A stretch of DNA of 63,698 nt, counting the filler, from Nemertoderma westbladi (taxonomy: Eukaryota; Animalia; Xenacoelomorpha), in NCBI GenBank assembly GCA_032718475.1. It is 3 parts of 3 records of this genome, joined end to end, with 100 filler letters (N's around TTAATTAATTAA, not from the genome) between each part and the next. Parts side by side here need not be neighbours in the genome. Positions count along the whole stretch, not along the records: positions 47,330 to 63,698 come from JAUCBJ010001242.1; 2 more parts are not named here. One strand, 5' to 3'. The position numbers were made by a program, and so were the translations under genes. Position 1 is the stretch's first letter. Every line of letters starts with the position of its first letter. Shown piece by piece: positions 62,362 to 63,698 of this stretch. Below the pieces are notes generated by a model. The model had not been told where the DNA came from. It saw only the letters and a list, made by a program, of their open reading frames with translations, and did no database searches.

Positions 62362-63529
62362 CTGTTATCTTTGTTGACTTCTTCAAGGCCTTTGATTCAG
62401 TCTCTCGCTCACGTATGTTCAGCATACTTTCATTATATGGGATTCCTGATGAAATTATTGCAGCAATCAGATCAGTATACGATGGTTCGACAACATTTGT
62501 GTCTACTGTTGACGGTGACACAGAACCATTTGAAGTGTTATGGGGCGTCCTCCAAGGAGACACACTTGCACCATTCTTGTTCATTATTGTGGTTGACTAT
62601 GTTCTACGCATGTCCTTAGATCATCATAATGATGATGGGGTGATGATAACTCCACCTACTGGCTCCAGAAGTCGAGGAAATCCTGCCAAGTACCTAACTG
62701 ATCTAGACTTTGCTGATGACTTAGGAGTACTCTCAGAATCATTAGAGGGAGCCCAACGGCTCCTCAGCTCATTAGAACATGCTGCTTCTAGTGTTGGTCT
62801 TTTTATTAACTCCAGAAAGACCAAAATTCTGACAGTTAACTTTGAAAGTCCTCAGCAAGTCTCTGATCGGATGAGCATAAGCTCAAAGGATGGTATGCTT
62901 GAGCATGTGGACGACTTCTGTTACCTGGGATCATGGATCCGGAAGTCAGGTGCGGACCTTCGAATACGTAAGGGAAAGGCATGGGCAGCCTTGAATAGGC
63001 TTTCCAGGATTTGGAAGTCACCGAGAATTAATCGGAAACTTAAGGTCCGATTTTTTAGAGCAGCAGTAGTTCCAGTACTCCTCTATGGGAGTCCATGCTG
63101 GGCTCTAACTGCTGAGGACACCAAATCTCTGGATGGCACATTCACAAGAATGCTACGCCGGGTTCATTGTGTCAAGTACAATGCACACATCTCCAACCAG
63201 ACACTATATAACATTGGAGGTGTCTCATTGGTTCCCCCAAGCTTGACACTAGAACAAAATCGCCTCCGCTTTGCAGGACATTGCTTTCGCCGTGAGGACC
63301 AGCCAGTGCATAATCTTGTACTTTGGCAGCCTCATGGAGTGAATAAGCATGGTGGACAGCCCATGACTTTCTTGAGACGCATCTTAAAGGACACTGGCCT
63401 TAAAGATGCGGATGATCTAGCAAATGTCATGGGTGATAGGGAGTTGTGGCGGTGCAATTTTGTTGACAAGCCGGCACAGCATTCTTAAAAATGCAGCTGC
63501 AATGCAGCATGCCGATCCTAGTAGTAGTA
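62362..63529 (+). mobile_element. 5'-truncated young RTE LINE (RT C-terminal half, open frame)
   Basis: VDFFKAFDSV, GVLQGDTLAPFLF, DLDFADD, RLRFAGHC; (TAG)n tail; TSD GTCTGTTGG at 62353-62361 and 63530-63538. Confidence 0.9.
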
Positions 63530-63698
63530 GTCTGTTGGGCGTACGCATCCAAACGGGCAAGGGGCAACGACTCGTATCTGATAGAACTTGGAATGCTCTC
63601 CTGAAGCTAGAGTAACCCACTCTCAGATGAGCTTCCTTGCTAGAATGAGAAAATCATCTAATGAGATATATTTTGAGATATATTATATATTATGATAT

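Overview
Repeat-rich invertebrate animal (eukaryotic) DNA in three segments (1-20505, 20606-47229, 47330-63698). The segments are joined by N-runs carrying an artificial TTAATTAATTAA linker, so their adjacency is not guaranteed. Segment 1 holds a complete 5-exon sphingosine kinase gene (548 aa as I splice it), with introns swollen by 25-, 71-, 21- and 22-bp tandem arrays built from splice-signal-like words. Segment 2 holds an intronless La/SSB gene, the last two exons of LRSAM1 and a 35-bp minisatellite behind a tRNA-like head. It also holds a ~6-kb tandem duplication that doubles the LRSAM1 terminal RING exon and a small secreted Ly6/three-finger gene. Segment 3 is a retroelement cluster: an intact CsRn1-clade Gypsy, CRE and RTE LINE remnants, and an 8.1-kb BEL/Pao element with LTRs and TSD. 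The BEL element is the most unusual item. It lacks RT, RNase H and the integrase core and has no tRNA primer-binding site. Its leader is complementary to its own LTR in self-priming geometry, and it carries a 3' array of hairpins with alternative base pairs.
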